A stretch of 64,000 bases of DNA from Candidatus Enterousia sp. (GTDB taxonomy: Bacteria; Pseudomonadota; Alphaproteobacteria; Rs-D84). Shown here one piece after another: positions 1 through 8,500 of this stretch. Every line of letters begins with the position of its first letter. Position 1 is the stretch's first letter. The stretch covers positions 17,127 to 81,126 of the forward strand of contig JAZRSO010000004.1 of assembly GCA_045651525.1 (NCBI GenBank). Reading direction: 5' to 3'. Under the pieces are notes generated by a model. The model was not told where the DNA came from. It searched no databases and saw nothing but the letters and a program-made list of their open reading frames with translations. The position numbers were made by a program, and so were the translations under genes.

Positions 1-224
1 GCGTGTGCAATTAGTCTTGCTGTGTCTATTGTTTTGTATTTATTTGCTAATGGGCGTATGTTGTGTCTAATGTTGTTTTTGTCGTAATAAAAACCATATG
101 GATTGCTGTCGATAGTTGGCATAAATCGACCTTTTTTTCGTTTGCTTTCTACTGCGCCAAATTCGCAACGTTTTGGGCATCCATTGCATTTGTTTGTGTT
201 AAAACCAAGTAGTTGTGAAAACAT
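1..224 (-). CDS. Small Cys-rich protein, sixth paralog of the CX2CX3C tandem family. Its 3' end is cut by the window edge.
   Basis: The minus-strand ATG is at 224-222. The frame stays open to position 1. The N-terminus reads MFSQLLGFNTNKCNGCPKRCEFG, matching the MFTQ..NTNKCNGCNKLC N-termini of the downstream paralogs. Confidence 0.45.
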   Translation of the reverse strand, partial: MFSQLLGFNTNKCNGCPKRCEFGAVESKRKKGRFMPTIDSNPYGFYYDKNNIRHNIRPLANKYKTIDTARLIAH

Positions 225-238
225 ATTTATATATCCGT

Positions 239-739
239 CTATCTTTGTATCAAGTAGTTGTCGCATGCTTTGGCGACTTTAAAAGCGTACATTTTTGCGT
301 GAAATTCGTCGGTAAAATTTGGTGTTTTTTGTATTTGGCCAAATGTATTTATATGGTATTTGATTAGTTTTGAACCTATTTTAGTTATAAATATTCCTTG
401 GATTTTTTGTGATGAAAATAAACAATGGTGAGAACAGCCGATGCAACGGTCAAATTGTGGTGTTTGTGTTTTGGGTGTGATTTTTCTGTTTTTATAGCTT
501 TTGCATTGTTGAACCAGGTTTTTTGCTGCTTTTATTGCGTCTTCTAGTGTTGCGTACGGTCGGCGAATTGGACGTCGATTGCCGAATTGGTCTTGCGAGT
601 ATGTAATAGGTTCATTGTTTTTTGTGGGTAAATATCTGTACTTGCCGTGTCCACGGGTTATGTAATATGCGCCTAATATGCACAGTTTGTTGCAACCGTT
701 GCATTTGTTTGTATTAAGTCCAATTTTTTGTGTGAACAT
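239..739 (-). CDS. Small cytoplasmic Cys-rich protein, paralog 1. It has two CxGCx3C motifs and ends in ACDNYLIQR.
   Basis: The ORF spans 239..877. The start was trimmed to the ATG at 739 (MFTQKIGLNTNKCNGCNKLC), 10 nt downstream of the neighbouring paralog's stop. The second motif is CIGCSHHC. There is no signal peptide. Confidence 0.6.
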   Translation of the reverse strand: MFTQKIGLNTNKCNGCNKLCILGAYYITRGHGKYRYLPTKNNEPITYSQDQFGNRRPIRRPYATLEDAIKAAKNLVQQCKSYKNRKITPKTQTPQFDRCIGCSHHCLFSSQKIQGIFITKIGSKLIKYHINTFGQIQKTPNFTDEFHAKMYAFKVAKACDNYLIQR

Positions 740-749
740 TGTTTTTGCC

Positions 750-1256
750 TTATTTTCGATTTTGATAGTTGTCGCACAGATGGGCGATTTTATTTTTTGC
801 AAACATTTTAGCGTGAAATGCATCGTAGAAAATGCGCGATGTTTGAATTTCGCCAAAAGCATTGATGTAACGCTCAATTACTTTTGATCCGATTTTTGGG
901 ACAAATATACCGCGAATAATTTCTGATGAAAATATACAGTGGTGTTTGCAACCGATACAGCAATCAATGTCAGGTGTTGTTAATTGGTCTTTTTCTATAC
1001 GGTAATCTGTGAAATCGTCGCATTGATGTGACAGTAATTTTGCTGCATTTATTGCATCGTGTGCGGTTGTGTATGCTTTTGCTAGTGGACGATTGTTTCC
1101 GTGTTGGTCTTTGGTATATATTTGTACTTCGTTATTTTTGGTTGGTAAATATTTTTGTTTGCCGTCAATAGTTGTTACTTGTAATGCCCCAAGGGTGCAC
1201 AGTTTGTTGCAACCGTTGCATTTATTTGTATTTATGCCTTTTGTTTGTGTGAACAT
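750..1256 (-). CDS. Small cytoplasmic Cys-rich protein, paralog 2 (CNGCNKLC and CIGCKHHC, ending in LCDNYQNRK).
   Basis: The ORF spans 750..1283. The start is the ATG at 1256 (MFTQTKGINTNKCNGC). It lies 5 nt from the stop of paralog 3 and is about 50% identical to paralog 1. Confidence 0.6.
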   Translation of the reverse strand: MFTQTKGINTNKCNGCNKLCTLGALQVTTIDGKQKYLPTKNNEVQIYTKDQHGNNRPLAKAYTTAHDAINAAKLLSHQCDDFTDYRIEKDQLTTPDIDCCIGCKHHCIFSSEIIRGIFVPKIGSKVIERYINAFGEIQTSRIFYDAFHAKMFAKNKIAHLCDNYQNRK

Positions 1257-1261
1257 TATGA

Positions 1262-1762
1262 TTATCTTTGATAGTTGTCGCACAGGTTGGATATGTGTTG
1301 TGCGCGTTTGATGGCCATATCTTGTGATTCATAGTATGGTACGTTTTTTGTAAGACCGCGTTTGTTTTTGTATTTTGTTATCGTTTTTGTGCCAATAACA
1401 GGTAAAAATCCATCACGATTTTGTGTTGATATATGTTGCGCAGCAAGTGTGCATTTACATTCGCAACCGTGACATTGTGTGTCTGTGAATGTTTGTGCGA
1501 CTGGTTGTGGTGGTGCAACGTAATGTTTGCAAGATTTTACAGCGGTATATGCGTGTGATAATGCGACGGTTGCAGAAACGTATGTTGTAATAAAATGCTT
1601 TTTGCCGCTTTTATCACGATAGTGCGGTATTGGCTGTCCGTTCTTTGTTGGGCGAAAGTTTATATAGTTGTCGTATAATACGACGGCCTGGACACCCAGT
1701 TTGCACCTGCGGTTGCAACCGTTACATCTGCCGATATGAATAGATTGTTCTTGGGTAAACAT
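1262..1762 (-). CDS. Small cytoplasmic Cys-rich protein, paralog 3 (RCNGCNRRC and CHGCECKC, ending in LCDNYQR).
   Basis: The ORF spans 1262..1762 and begins MFTQEQSIHIGRCNGC. It has the same architecture as paralogs 1 and 2. Confidence 0.6.
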   Translation of the reverse strand: MFTQEQSIHIGRCNGCNRRCKLGVQAVVLYDNYINFRPTKNGQPIPHYRDKSGKKHFITTYVSATVALSHAYTAVKSCKHYVAPPQPVAQTFTDTQCHGCECKCTLAAQHISTQNRDGFLPVIGTKTITKYKNKRGLTKNVPYYESQDMAIKRAQHISNLCDNYQR

Positions 1763-1766
1763 ATTT

Positions 1767-2087
1767 TTATCGATGGTTTTGATAGTGATCGCATAATGGA
1801 ATAATTTCTTCTTTTAATAATTCCAATGCTTCTTCGGCTGTGTTGCGTTTTGTGTTTGTTTGCAAGACATTGTTTGCGTCAAAGTATTCCATAACCGGCT
1901 GTCTGTCGATGGTTGGTACCCATTTTGTGCCATATTCGCCGATGACTTGGATTGTGTTGTCGGCTGCTGGTTGTTTTGGAACATCAATGGCTTTTACGCC
2001 CAGTCTGCAATGGTATTGGCAACCATGGCATATGTCGTATAAGTTGCATGCTGTGATATTGATTTTGTTTTCTTGGGTGAATTTCAT
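1767..2087 (-). CDS. Small Cys-rich protein, paralog 4. It is a shortened copy with a single CX5CX2CX3C block and ends in LCDHYQNHR.
   Basis: The ORF spans 1767..2297. It was trimmed to the ATG at 2087 (MKFTQENKINITACNLYDICHGCQYHC) so that it does not overlap paralog 5. The conserved C-terminus is retained. Confidence 0.5.
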   Translation of the reverse strand: MKFTQENKINITACNLYDICHGCQYHCRLGVKAIDVPKQPAADNTIQVIGEYGTKWVPTIDRQPVMEYFDANNVLQTNTKRNTAEEALELLKEEIIPLCDHYQNHR

Positions 2088-2101
2088 ACTTGTCACCTTT
2101 T

Positions 2102-2344
2102 TTATTTTGTGTGTTGATAGTTCGCGCAGTGCGTAACATGTATTCTTGCGCGTGCAATTGCAAGTAAACGTGTGCTTGATGCTGCGGGTTGTTCTATGTC
2201 GTCTATATCTATATAGGTTTTTAATAGTTTTTGATTGACTGTTGGGTAGTATTCGGGTGTCCAAGACAGCAAGTTTCTGTGTGTGCCAAATGCACAATGG
2301 AGTTCACAACCGTCACAATAATTTTCGTTTATTTTGATATCCAT
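2102..2344 (-). CDS. Small Cys-rich protein, paralog 5 (80 aa, one YCDGCELHC block, ending in HCANYQHTK). It is the first gene of the array.
   Basis: The ATG is at 2344. An AAAGGA Shine-Dalgarno sequence sits 8 nt upstream, and a near-consensus promoter lies immediately upstream. Confidence 0.5.
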   Translation of the reverse strand: MDIKINENYCDGCELHCAFGTHRNLLSWTPEYYPTVNQKLLKTYIDIDDIEQPAASSTRLLAIARARIHVTHCANYQHTK

Positions 2345-2372
2345 AATTTGAATCCTTTATTGTTTTGGTATA

Positions 2373-2400
2373 ATTATAGACAAATATATATAAATGTCAA
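2373..2400 (-). promoter_or_regulatory. Near-consensus sigma70 promoter driving the Cys-rich paralog array.
   Basis: On the minus strand, TTGACA (2400-2395) is followed by a 16-nt spacer and TATAAT (2378-2373), about 25 nt upstream of the paralog 5 ATG. Confidence 0.5.
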
Positions 2401-2437
2401 GTTGATTTTAAGATTTTTTTATGTTACCTTATTTTGT

Positions 2438-3145
2438 ATGAGATTAGATCAAGCGCTTGTTCTTTGTAATTTGTACCCTACCCGTGCCAAGGCCGTGGCG
2501 GCAATAAAGTCCGGTTTGGTGACTGTGAATGGTGTTGCGGCCAAAAAGCCCAGTCAGATTGTGTCTGATACAGATGTGTTGGATGGGGGTGCGTTGCCCT
2601 ATTCCGTGGGGCGCGGTTCGTTAAAGTTGGAACGTGCGTTGGAATATTTTGACGTAAATCCAATGGATTATGTTTGTTTGGATATTGGCGCCAGTACCGG
2701 CGGTTTTACATCTGTTTTGTTGGCGCGTGGCGCAGAACGCGTATATGCGGTTGATGTGGGAACAAATCAGTTGGACGAGTCATTGCGTGCAGATTCGCGT
2801 GTTGTGTCGCTGGAACAGACAGATATTCGTGAACTGTCCCCTATTTCGCCGGTTGATTTGATTGTGATTGATGTTTCGTTTATATCGTTGACGAATATTG
2901 TTGAATTCTTGCCGCGTTGGGGTGCAAAAACAGTTATTGCATTGATAAAACCACAGTTTGAGGTTCCGCGCGACGTCGCAGCCAAATTTAATGGCATTAT
3001 AAAATCGTCAGATTGGCATGATTTTTCAATAAATCGTGTTGTTGATGCGTTTTCACAGTATGGTTTTAAGAATATCGGTATTACAGAATCACCGGTCAAA
3101 GGCGGCAGTGGTAATACAGAATTCTTGGCCTGTTTTCGTGTGTAA
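2438..3145 (+). CDS. tlyA: TlyA-family rRNA 2'-O-methyltransferase / hemolysin A.
   Basis: An S4-like N-terminus (MRLDQALVLCNLYPTRAKAVAAIKSGLVTVNG) is followed by an FtsJ-like SAM motif (DIGASTGGFT). The listed ORF starts at 2231, but homology begins at the ATG at 2438. Confidence 0.85.
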   Translation: MRLDQALVLCNLYPTRAKAVAAIKSGLVTVNGVAAKKPSQIVSDTDVLDGGALPYSVGRGSLKLERALEYFDVNPMDYVCLDIGASTGGFTSVLLARGAERVYAVDVGTNQLDESLRADSRVVSLEQTDIRELSPISPVDLIVIDVSFISLTNIVEFLPRWGAKTVIALIKPQFEVPRDVAAKFNGIIKSSDWHDFSINRVVDAFSQYGFKNIGITESPVKGGSGNTEFLACFRV

Positions 3146-3376
3146 AAAATTCTTTGTACTTTTATTATGTGATGTGTTATAATTCACAGGTCAACGGGTG
3201 TTTGTTGACTGGGTTTAGCGACCCATTGGTAAGCGTCATGTAAAGACGTAAAAACTTATTCCAACCATTGGTTGGAGTGTGTGAATATATTGAATAAGCA
3301 CGCAATTCTTACTATTGTCGCTAAACTCCAACCACTCGTACAATAAAATACGGTGGTTTTTGTTTTGGGGGATGTG

Positions 3377-4174
3377 GTGAGGTATTTACTAACGATTTTT
3401 GTTATTTGTTATGCCAATGGTGCGATTGCTGCCCTACCCGATATTGTGTTGTGTGATGGGGGATTTCCAGTAATGAATGCGGTGTCAGAAACGTCTGTGT
3501 CCGAAACTGGCGAAGAAATTATTACGCCAATTGTTGAGTATTCTTGTCAACCGTATTCGCAGGGAATTTGTCCGACATCATATGTTTCGTATGATGTTTC
3601 AGGGTTGTTTCCAACAGATATGGATGGAAATTGTAATTCTGAAAAAATTCGTAAAGTCCCGTCACATGGTGGGTTTGTTGCGTCGGGATTTCCGGTAACA
3701 TTGTGCGATAATGGGTATTTTGATGGTGTCGCGTGTGTGCCTTATTCGGAGGCTTCGGAAAATTGTCCGACGGGTTATTTCAAGGCGTTTGCTAATAAAT
3801 CTGTACAACGCGTTTATGGAGAATGTCCGGATAAAACGGTATTGTTTTCCAATGAAAATATTGCAGTTTGGACATATCCGTATGATGATAATGTGGATGC
3901 AGATATCGTGTTGCGTTTATGTGATACTGGTTACGATATGAATTATTTGGGCGAGTGTGCAGCACTGTGTTCGGTTTCAAATACAGGTGTAAAAACGCAA
4001 TATTTACGTACGGATACTGGATTGAGTTTTCCTGTTTATAGCAAAAAATTAACGGTTCCGTCGTTGAATGTCAAGACAGGTAATCGTCGTTGTTATGTGA
4101 ATATGATTCCTGGTGGTGGCCTAAATGCAATAAATATCACGAGTGAAGATACGACTTATAGGGTTGTGTATTAA
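3377..4174 (+). CDS. Secreted Cys-rich hypothetical protein with CxxGY-type Cys repeats.
   Basis: The ORF spans 3353..4174 and begins with a GTG. The GTG at 3377 follows a GGGGGA Shine-Dalgarno sequence and gives a clean signal peptide (MRYLLTIFVICYANGAIAA). The protein contains motifs such as CDNGYFDGVAC and CPTGYF. Confidence 0.55.
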   Translation: MRYLLTIFVICYANGAIAALPDIVLCDGGFPVMNAVSETSVSETGEEIITPIVEYSCQPYSQGICPTSYVSYDVSGLFPTDMDGNCNSEKIRKVPSHGGFVASGFPVTLCDNGYFDGVACVPYSEASENCPTGYFKAFANKSVQRVYGECPDKTVLFSNENIAVWTYPYDDNVDADIVLRLCDTGYDMNYLGECAALCSVSNTGVKTQYLRTDTGLSFPVYSKKLTVPSLNVKTGNRRCYVNMIPGGGLNAINITSEDTTYRVVY

Positions 4175-4192
4175 ATGTATGGAGAAAGTGTA

Positions 4193-4663
4193 ATGCGTTG
4201 TATATTTTTTTCTTTGTTATTATCGTTATTTATTCTGGTGGACGCATGGTGTGCATTATGTCAGAGTAATTTTTCTGTATTAGTTACATTGGACAAAGAT
4301 TCTGGTAATACAGTAAAATATAGCACTCCTCAAATTGATGGCATGAATTGGCGTATAGATGTGGATTATGACACGATGACTTCGATAAATGGTACGTTTC
4401 GTTTTTTGCGTGGGGTTGCGTCATGTAGTGAATATGTTGGAAATTCACAATATGCGTTTGTTACGGGTTATCAAGTAACACCGGCGGATGATGTTGGGAT
4501 TTATTGTTGGTGTGCATTACGTCGGCCTGCGACCACGTATTTTATGTTTTTGCAGGCGTATAATAGTGTGGATGCGTGTGTGGCAGATTGTGCTGCGCAA
4601 TGTGCGAATGGTGTTCGTTCAAGTTATTTATTTAGAGATCATTTGTTTGAGGGGGTATGGTAA
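4193..4663 (+). CDS. Secreted Cys-rich protein of the CWC...CVxDCAxxC family.
   Basis: A GGAG Shine-Dalgarno sequence sits 8 nt before the ATG at 4193. The signal peptide is MRCIFFSLLLSLFILVDA. The core reads SCSEY...YCWCALRR...DACVADCAAQCANG and is shared with 4663..5154 and 27098..28309. Confidence 0.6.
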   Translation: MRCIFFSLLLSLFILVDAWCALCQSNFSVLVTLDKDSGNTVKYSTPQIDGMNWRIDVDYDTMTSINGTFRFLRGVASCSEYVGNSQYAFVTGYQVTPADDVGIYCWCALRRPATTYFMFLQAYNSVDACVADCAAQCANGVRSSYLFRDHLFEGVW

Positions 4664-5154
4664 TGAAATTATATTTATGTCTTTTTTTGTGTTTGTTTAC
4701 AATTGGTGCTGGTGCTGTAACATTTTGTGTAAAGCCAGATGTTATTGCGCTGGGTATAAGCTCGTTAAAAATCCCAACGGTAACATCGTATTCTGGGTTT
4801 GATTGGTCGGCATATGTACCAGAATTTGGTACGATACATGGTATTTCGTCTTGTAGTGATAAAGGTGGTGATAACTCTGTAAATTTGCATGGCTGTCGTA
4901 TCGGTAGTTATTGGGGGCATGTTGCTGCAAAGGGTGAAGATGTAAATAATAATTATTATGGTCGTGCTGATGGAAAAAGTTGTTGGTGTAAAATGACGCA
5001 TCCTGTTGAGTCGGGTTGGATTTTGGTTCATATATATACAGATGTGTGTGTATCAGATTGTGCAAAAAATTGTGGAAATTATTTAAAAAGCACTAGTCCC
5101 GATCACGCTAGTACACTTCGTTGTATGTTAGCGACTGTAGGTTTGGAGGAGTGA
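4663..5154 (+). CDS. Secreted Cys-rich protein of the CWC...CVxDCAxxC family, adjacent paralog.
   Basis: A TAATG stop/start overlap joins it to the upstream gene. The signal peptide is MKLYLCLFLCLFTIGAGA. The core reads GISSCSD...SCWCKMTHP...DVCVSDCAKNCGNY. Confidence 0.6.
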   Translation: MKLYLCLFLCLFTIGAGAVTFCVKPDVIALGISSLKIPTVTSYSGFDWSAYVPEFGTIHGISSCSDKGGDNSVNLHGCRIGSYWGHVAAKGEDVNNNYYGRADGKSCWCKMTHPVESGWILVHIYTDVCVSDCAKNCGNYLKSTSPDHASTLRCMLATVGLEE

Positions 5155-5237
5155 GTTTTTTTACAATGTTTTCCTTGAATTTTTGTGGGGTTGTCGCTAA
5201 TATCTGTGCATTGATTTGAAACAATAGGAATAAAACA

Positions 5238-7634
5238 ATGGCAGACGATATTAAAAAAATTCATGAACGCGAGGCAAAATGGCAAAAACGTTGGAATGAT
5301 GAACGTGCATTTGTGCCAAAAAACGATGGTTCAAAACCAAAATATTATAATTTGATTGAATTCCCATTCCCAAGTGGTTCTGGTTTGCACGTCGGTCATA
5401 TGTTGCCATATACAGGTATGGATGTTCTGGCACGCTTTCGTCGTATGCGTGGGTTCGATGTATTGTATCCTATTGGTTATGATTCAATGGGTATTTCGTC
5501 TGAAAATTATGCAACCAAAATTGGCAAGCACCCAAGCGAATCTGTCGCAGAACTGATTAAAATTTTTGAACGTGATATTTCAATAATGGGTTTGTCTTTT
5601 AATCCTGAATCCAAACTGTCAACATCTGATCCTGAATTTATCAAGTGGACACAATGGATGTTTATTCAATTTTACAAGGCAGGTTTGGCGTATAAATCAG
5701 AACTGCCGATGAATTGGTGTCCGAATTGCAAAACCAATCTGACCAATGAAGAACTGGAAGATGGTAAATGTGAACGCTGTCATGGGCCTGTTGAAAAGAA
5801 AATGAAGTTACAGTGGAACTTGGCAATCACAAAATATGCAGACAGATTGATTGATGATTTAGCGTTGGTTGACTATCCAGAACGCGTTAAAACAGAACAA
5901 ATAAACTGGATTGGTCGTTCGCATGGCGCAGACGTCAATTTCCAGGTTGGCGATGATGTTATGACTGTTTATACAACGCGTATTGATACAATATTTGGTG
6001 TGACGTTCTGTGTATTGGCGCCTGAACATGCGTTGGTCAAAAAATGGCTGAATGCGGGCAAGATTAAAAATACAGATGATGTGAACGAATATATCGCTGC
6101 GGCACGTGCCAAGACTGAAATTGAACGTACAGATGTTACACGTGAAAAAACAGGTGTTCGTTTAGATGGTGTTATGGCGACAAATCCGTTTAACGGGCGT
6201 GAAATTCCAATCTTTATTTCTGACTATGTTCTGGCAGATTATGGATTTGGGGCGATTATGGCGGTGCCTGCACACGATGGCCGTGACTGGGATTTTGCGA
6301 AAAAGTTTGGTCTGGATATCATCCCTGTTCTGTCGGGCGGTGAAGAAGGTAAAGTCTGGGAAGGCGATGGTGCGCATATAAACTCTGGCTTTTTGGATGG
6401 TATGGGCAAAGAAGACGCCATTGTGGCCGCGATTAAATACGGTACAGAACACGGCTTTGCGCGTGGTACAACCAAGTATAAATTGAAAGACTGGGGATTT
6501 TCGCGTCAGATGTACTGGGGCGAACCAATTCCAATGGTTTATTGCGAAAAGTGCGGTTGGGTGCCTGTGCCGGAATCTGAACTGCCATTGTTACAACCAT
6601 ATATGTCAGACTATAAACCAACAGATGATGGCGAAGGTCCATTGGCACGTGCCACAGATTGGGTAAATACAACCTGTCCACATTGTGGCGGTGCAGCAAA
6701 GCGTGAAACAGACACTATGCCCCAGTGGGCTGGGTCTTCGTGGTATTTCTTGCGCTATTTAGATTCAAAGAATAATAACGAATTCTGTGCGCGTGAAATG
6801 TTGGATAAATGGATGCCGGTTGACCACTATAACGGTGGTATGGAACATACAACACGTCATGTTCTGTATTCCAGATTCTGGTACAAGGTATTATCTGATT
6901 TGGGCTTTGTTCCAGGTGTTGAACCATATAAAAAGCGTACCAGTAATGGTCTGATTATGGCAGCAGATGGTACAAAAATGTCTAAGTCGCGTAATAACAC
7001 AGTGCCCAGTTCGGATGTTGTTGCACGCAGTGGCGCAGACGCATGTCGTATGACAATCTTGTACCTGGGGCCATGGGAACAAAGTGCAAACTGGTCCGAA
7101 GATACACTGCGTGGTGTTGAACGTTTCTTGAAACGTGTGGAAAATCTGGCGGATAATTTGACAGACGAACCAATGACTGCAGATCAAGAACGCTTGCAAC
7201 ATAAACTGATTGCAGATGCAACAAATCGTTTGGAAGATATGAAGTTCAACACGACAATATCTGCGATGATGGAATATATCAATGCGTTCGGTGGTAAAAT
7301 GCCCCGCCCTGCGTACGAAACATTGTTGCAAGTATTGAACCCATTTTCGCCACATTTAACCGAAGAAATGTGGGAAAAACTGGGGCATGCTGATATGCTG
7401 GTGTTTGAACCGTGGCCAACATTTGATGCGGCAAAACTGGTTGAAACACAGATGACAATCGTTGCGTCGGTCAATGGAAAACGCGCGACAGAATTTGTTG
7501 TCGCAGCTGATGCGGATGAAAATACCATTATCGAAGCGGCGCGTGTCGCAGCTGGCGCAAAATTGGATGGTTGTGAAATTGTTAAAACAATCGTTGTACC
7601 AAAAAAACTGGTGAACTTTGTTGTGAAAAAATAA
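5238..7634 (+). CDS. leuS: Leucyl-tRNA synthetase.
   Basis: Class I HIGH motif (HVGHMLPYTGMDVLARFRRMRGF) and KMSKS motif, with LeuS-type editing and anticodon-binding regions. Confidence 0.95.
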   Translation: MADDIKKIHEREAKWQKRWNDERAFVPKNDGSKPKYYNLIEFPFPSGSGLHVGHMLPYTGMDVLARFRRMRGFDVLYPIGYDSMGISSENYATKIGKHPSESVAELIKIFERDISIMGLSFNPESKLSTSDPEFIKWTQWMFIQFYKAGLAYKSELPMNWCPNCKTNLTNEELEDGKCERCHGPVEKKMKLQWNLAITKYADRLIDDLALVDYPERVKTEQINWIGRSHGADVNFQVGDDVMTVYTTRIDTIFGVTFCVLAPEHALVKKWLNAGKIKNTDDVNEYIAAARAKTEIERTDVTREKTGVRLDGVMATNPFNGREIPIFISDYVLADYGFGAIMAVPAHDGRDWDFAKKFGLDIIPVLSGGEEGKVWEGDGAHINSGFLDGMGKEDAIVAAIKYGTEHGFARGTTKYKLKDWGFSRQMYWGEPIPMVYCEKCGWVPVPESELPLLQPYMSDYKPTDDGEGPLARATDWVNTTCPHCGGAAKRETDTMPQWAGSSWYFLRYLDSKNNNEFCAREMLDKWMPVDHYNGGMEHTTRHVLYSRFWYKVLSDLGFVPGVEPYKKRTSNGLIMAADGTKMSKSRNNTVPSSDVVARSGADACRMTILYLGPWEQSANWSEDTLRGVERFLKRVENLADNLTDEPMTADQERLQHKLIADATNRLEDMKFNTTISAMMEYINAFGGKMPRPAYETLLQVLNPFSPHLTEEMWEKLGHADMLVFEPWPTFDAAKLVETQMTIVASVNGKRATEFVVAADADENTIIEAARVAAGAKLDGCEIVKTIVVPKKLVNFVVKK

Positions 7635-7645
7635 GGTAACCGTTT

Positions 7646-8473
7646 ATGCCGGAAGAATATATCAGCAGTTTTGGTTGTTTTGATGGTATGATTGCAAGAC
7701 GGTTGTTACGGCGTGGACCAGAAGAGATTAGCCGTATTTATGATAATCCGTCACCATTGGTGCGTGCGATTGTAGAGCACAGATGGGCGCAAGAGCCTGA
7801 TGTTAAATTGGCACTGCAATTAAATCGAATATTGCGATATGCAAAATATATCGGTCCCCAAAAATATAAACAAATAAGAACCGAAATGTTGGCGGCAATC
7901 AAGGAAGGTAGTAATGGGGATATGACGGGCTATCGTGAGTTTGTAAAATTGATAGATAATCCACAAATCGGCGAACAGTATAATAATTTTCTTTCGGAAT
8001 TGCTTGAAAAAAGCCCAAAGACAAAAGCAGTTATTTTAAAACTGGGTAAGCGTAATGAAGAATTAATAAAATTCGGTTTGGATTATCGTGTAGATTATAT
8101 CGCAAACGATTCTAAGTTTTTTGATACAGTTAATACACAGGCGATATTTTTGTGGGCGTTTTGTAGACGCGGTTTTGAATTGAAATTCAAGTGCTTTTTG
8201 ATGCGGATGCGACTAAAAAATGACGAGGCAAGACTGGCGTGTATTAAGTTTTTGTTGCCAGATTATGAAAATATTATCGAAGTGTATCAAAGGAATTTTA
8301 ACGAGCGTCAGAAAATTTGTGATGAAGCTTCTAAGGTTTATCAGGGTGCTGTTAAGGATGTTAGGGATTTGTATCAACAAACAGAAAAAGATATTGATGA
8401 AAAATACCAAGGCATTGCAAGATATAAAGAACTGATAAGAACAAAACAATTACAGCCGTTTAAAAAGAAATAA
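7646..8473 (+). CDS. Hypothetical protein of 275 aa with no signal peptide. It occupies the position after leuS where lptE/holA are often found.
   Basis: It is a clean ORF starting at an ATG 12 nt after the leuS stop and ends at a conserved terminator. No recognizable motif was found. Confidence 0.5.
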   Translation: MPEEYISSFGCFDGMIARRLLRRGPEEISRIYDNPSPLVRAIVEHRWAQEPDVKLALQLNRILRYAKYIGPQKYKQIRTEMLAAIKEGSNGDMTGYREFVKLIDNPQIGEQYNNFLSELLEKSPKTKAVILKLGKRNEELIKFGLDYRVDYIANDSKFFDTVNTQAIFLWAFCRRGFELKFKCFLMRMRLKNDEARLACIKFLLPDYENIIEVYQRNFNERQKICDEASKVYQGAVKDVRDLYQQTEKDIDEKYQGIARYKELIRTKQLQPFKKK

Positions 8474-8500
8474 AAAAATCCCCAAACGGGGATTTTTTTA
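8471..8500. terminator. Bidirectional Rho-independent terminator of the ATCCCC/GGGGAT family.
   Basis: The sequence aaaaaaATCCCCaaacGGGGATttttttt lies between the convergent stops at 8473 (+) and 8498 (-). Confidence 0.7.

Noticed and set aside
2231-2437. A 69-aa N-terminal extension of the tlyA ORF.
   Set aside because: The extension (MIDCWVVFGCPRQQ...) has no TlyA homology and overlaps the array promoter region. The S4-like N-terminus begins at the ATG at 2438.
6162-7528. Multiple antisense ORFs inside leuS (6162..6452 -, 6891..7355 -, 7184..7528 - and others).
   Set aside because: These are shadow ORFs opposite a well-supported 798-aa synthetase gene. Their translations are compositionally odd (Cys/His-rich) with no start signals.
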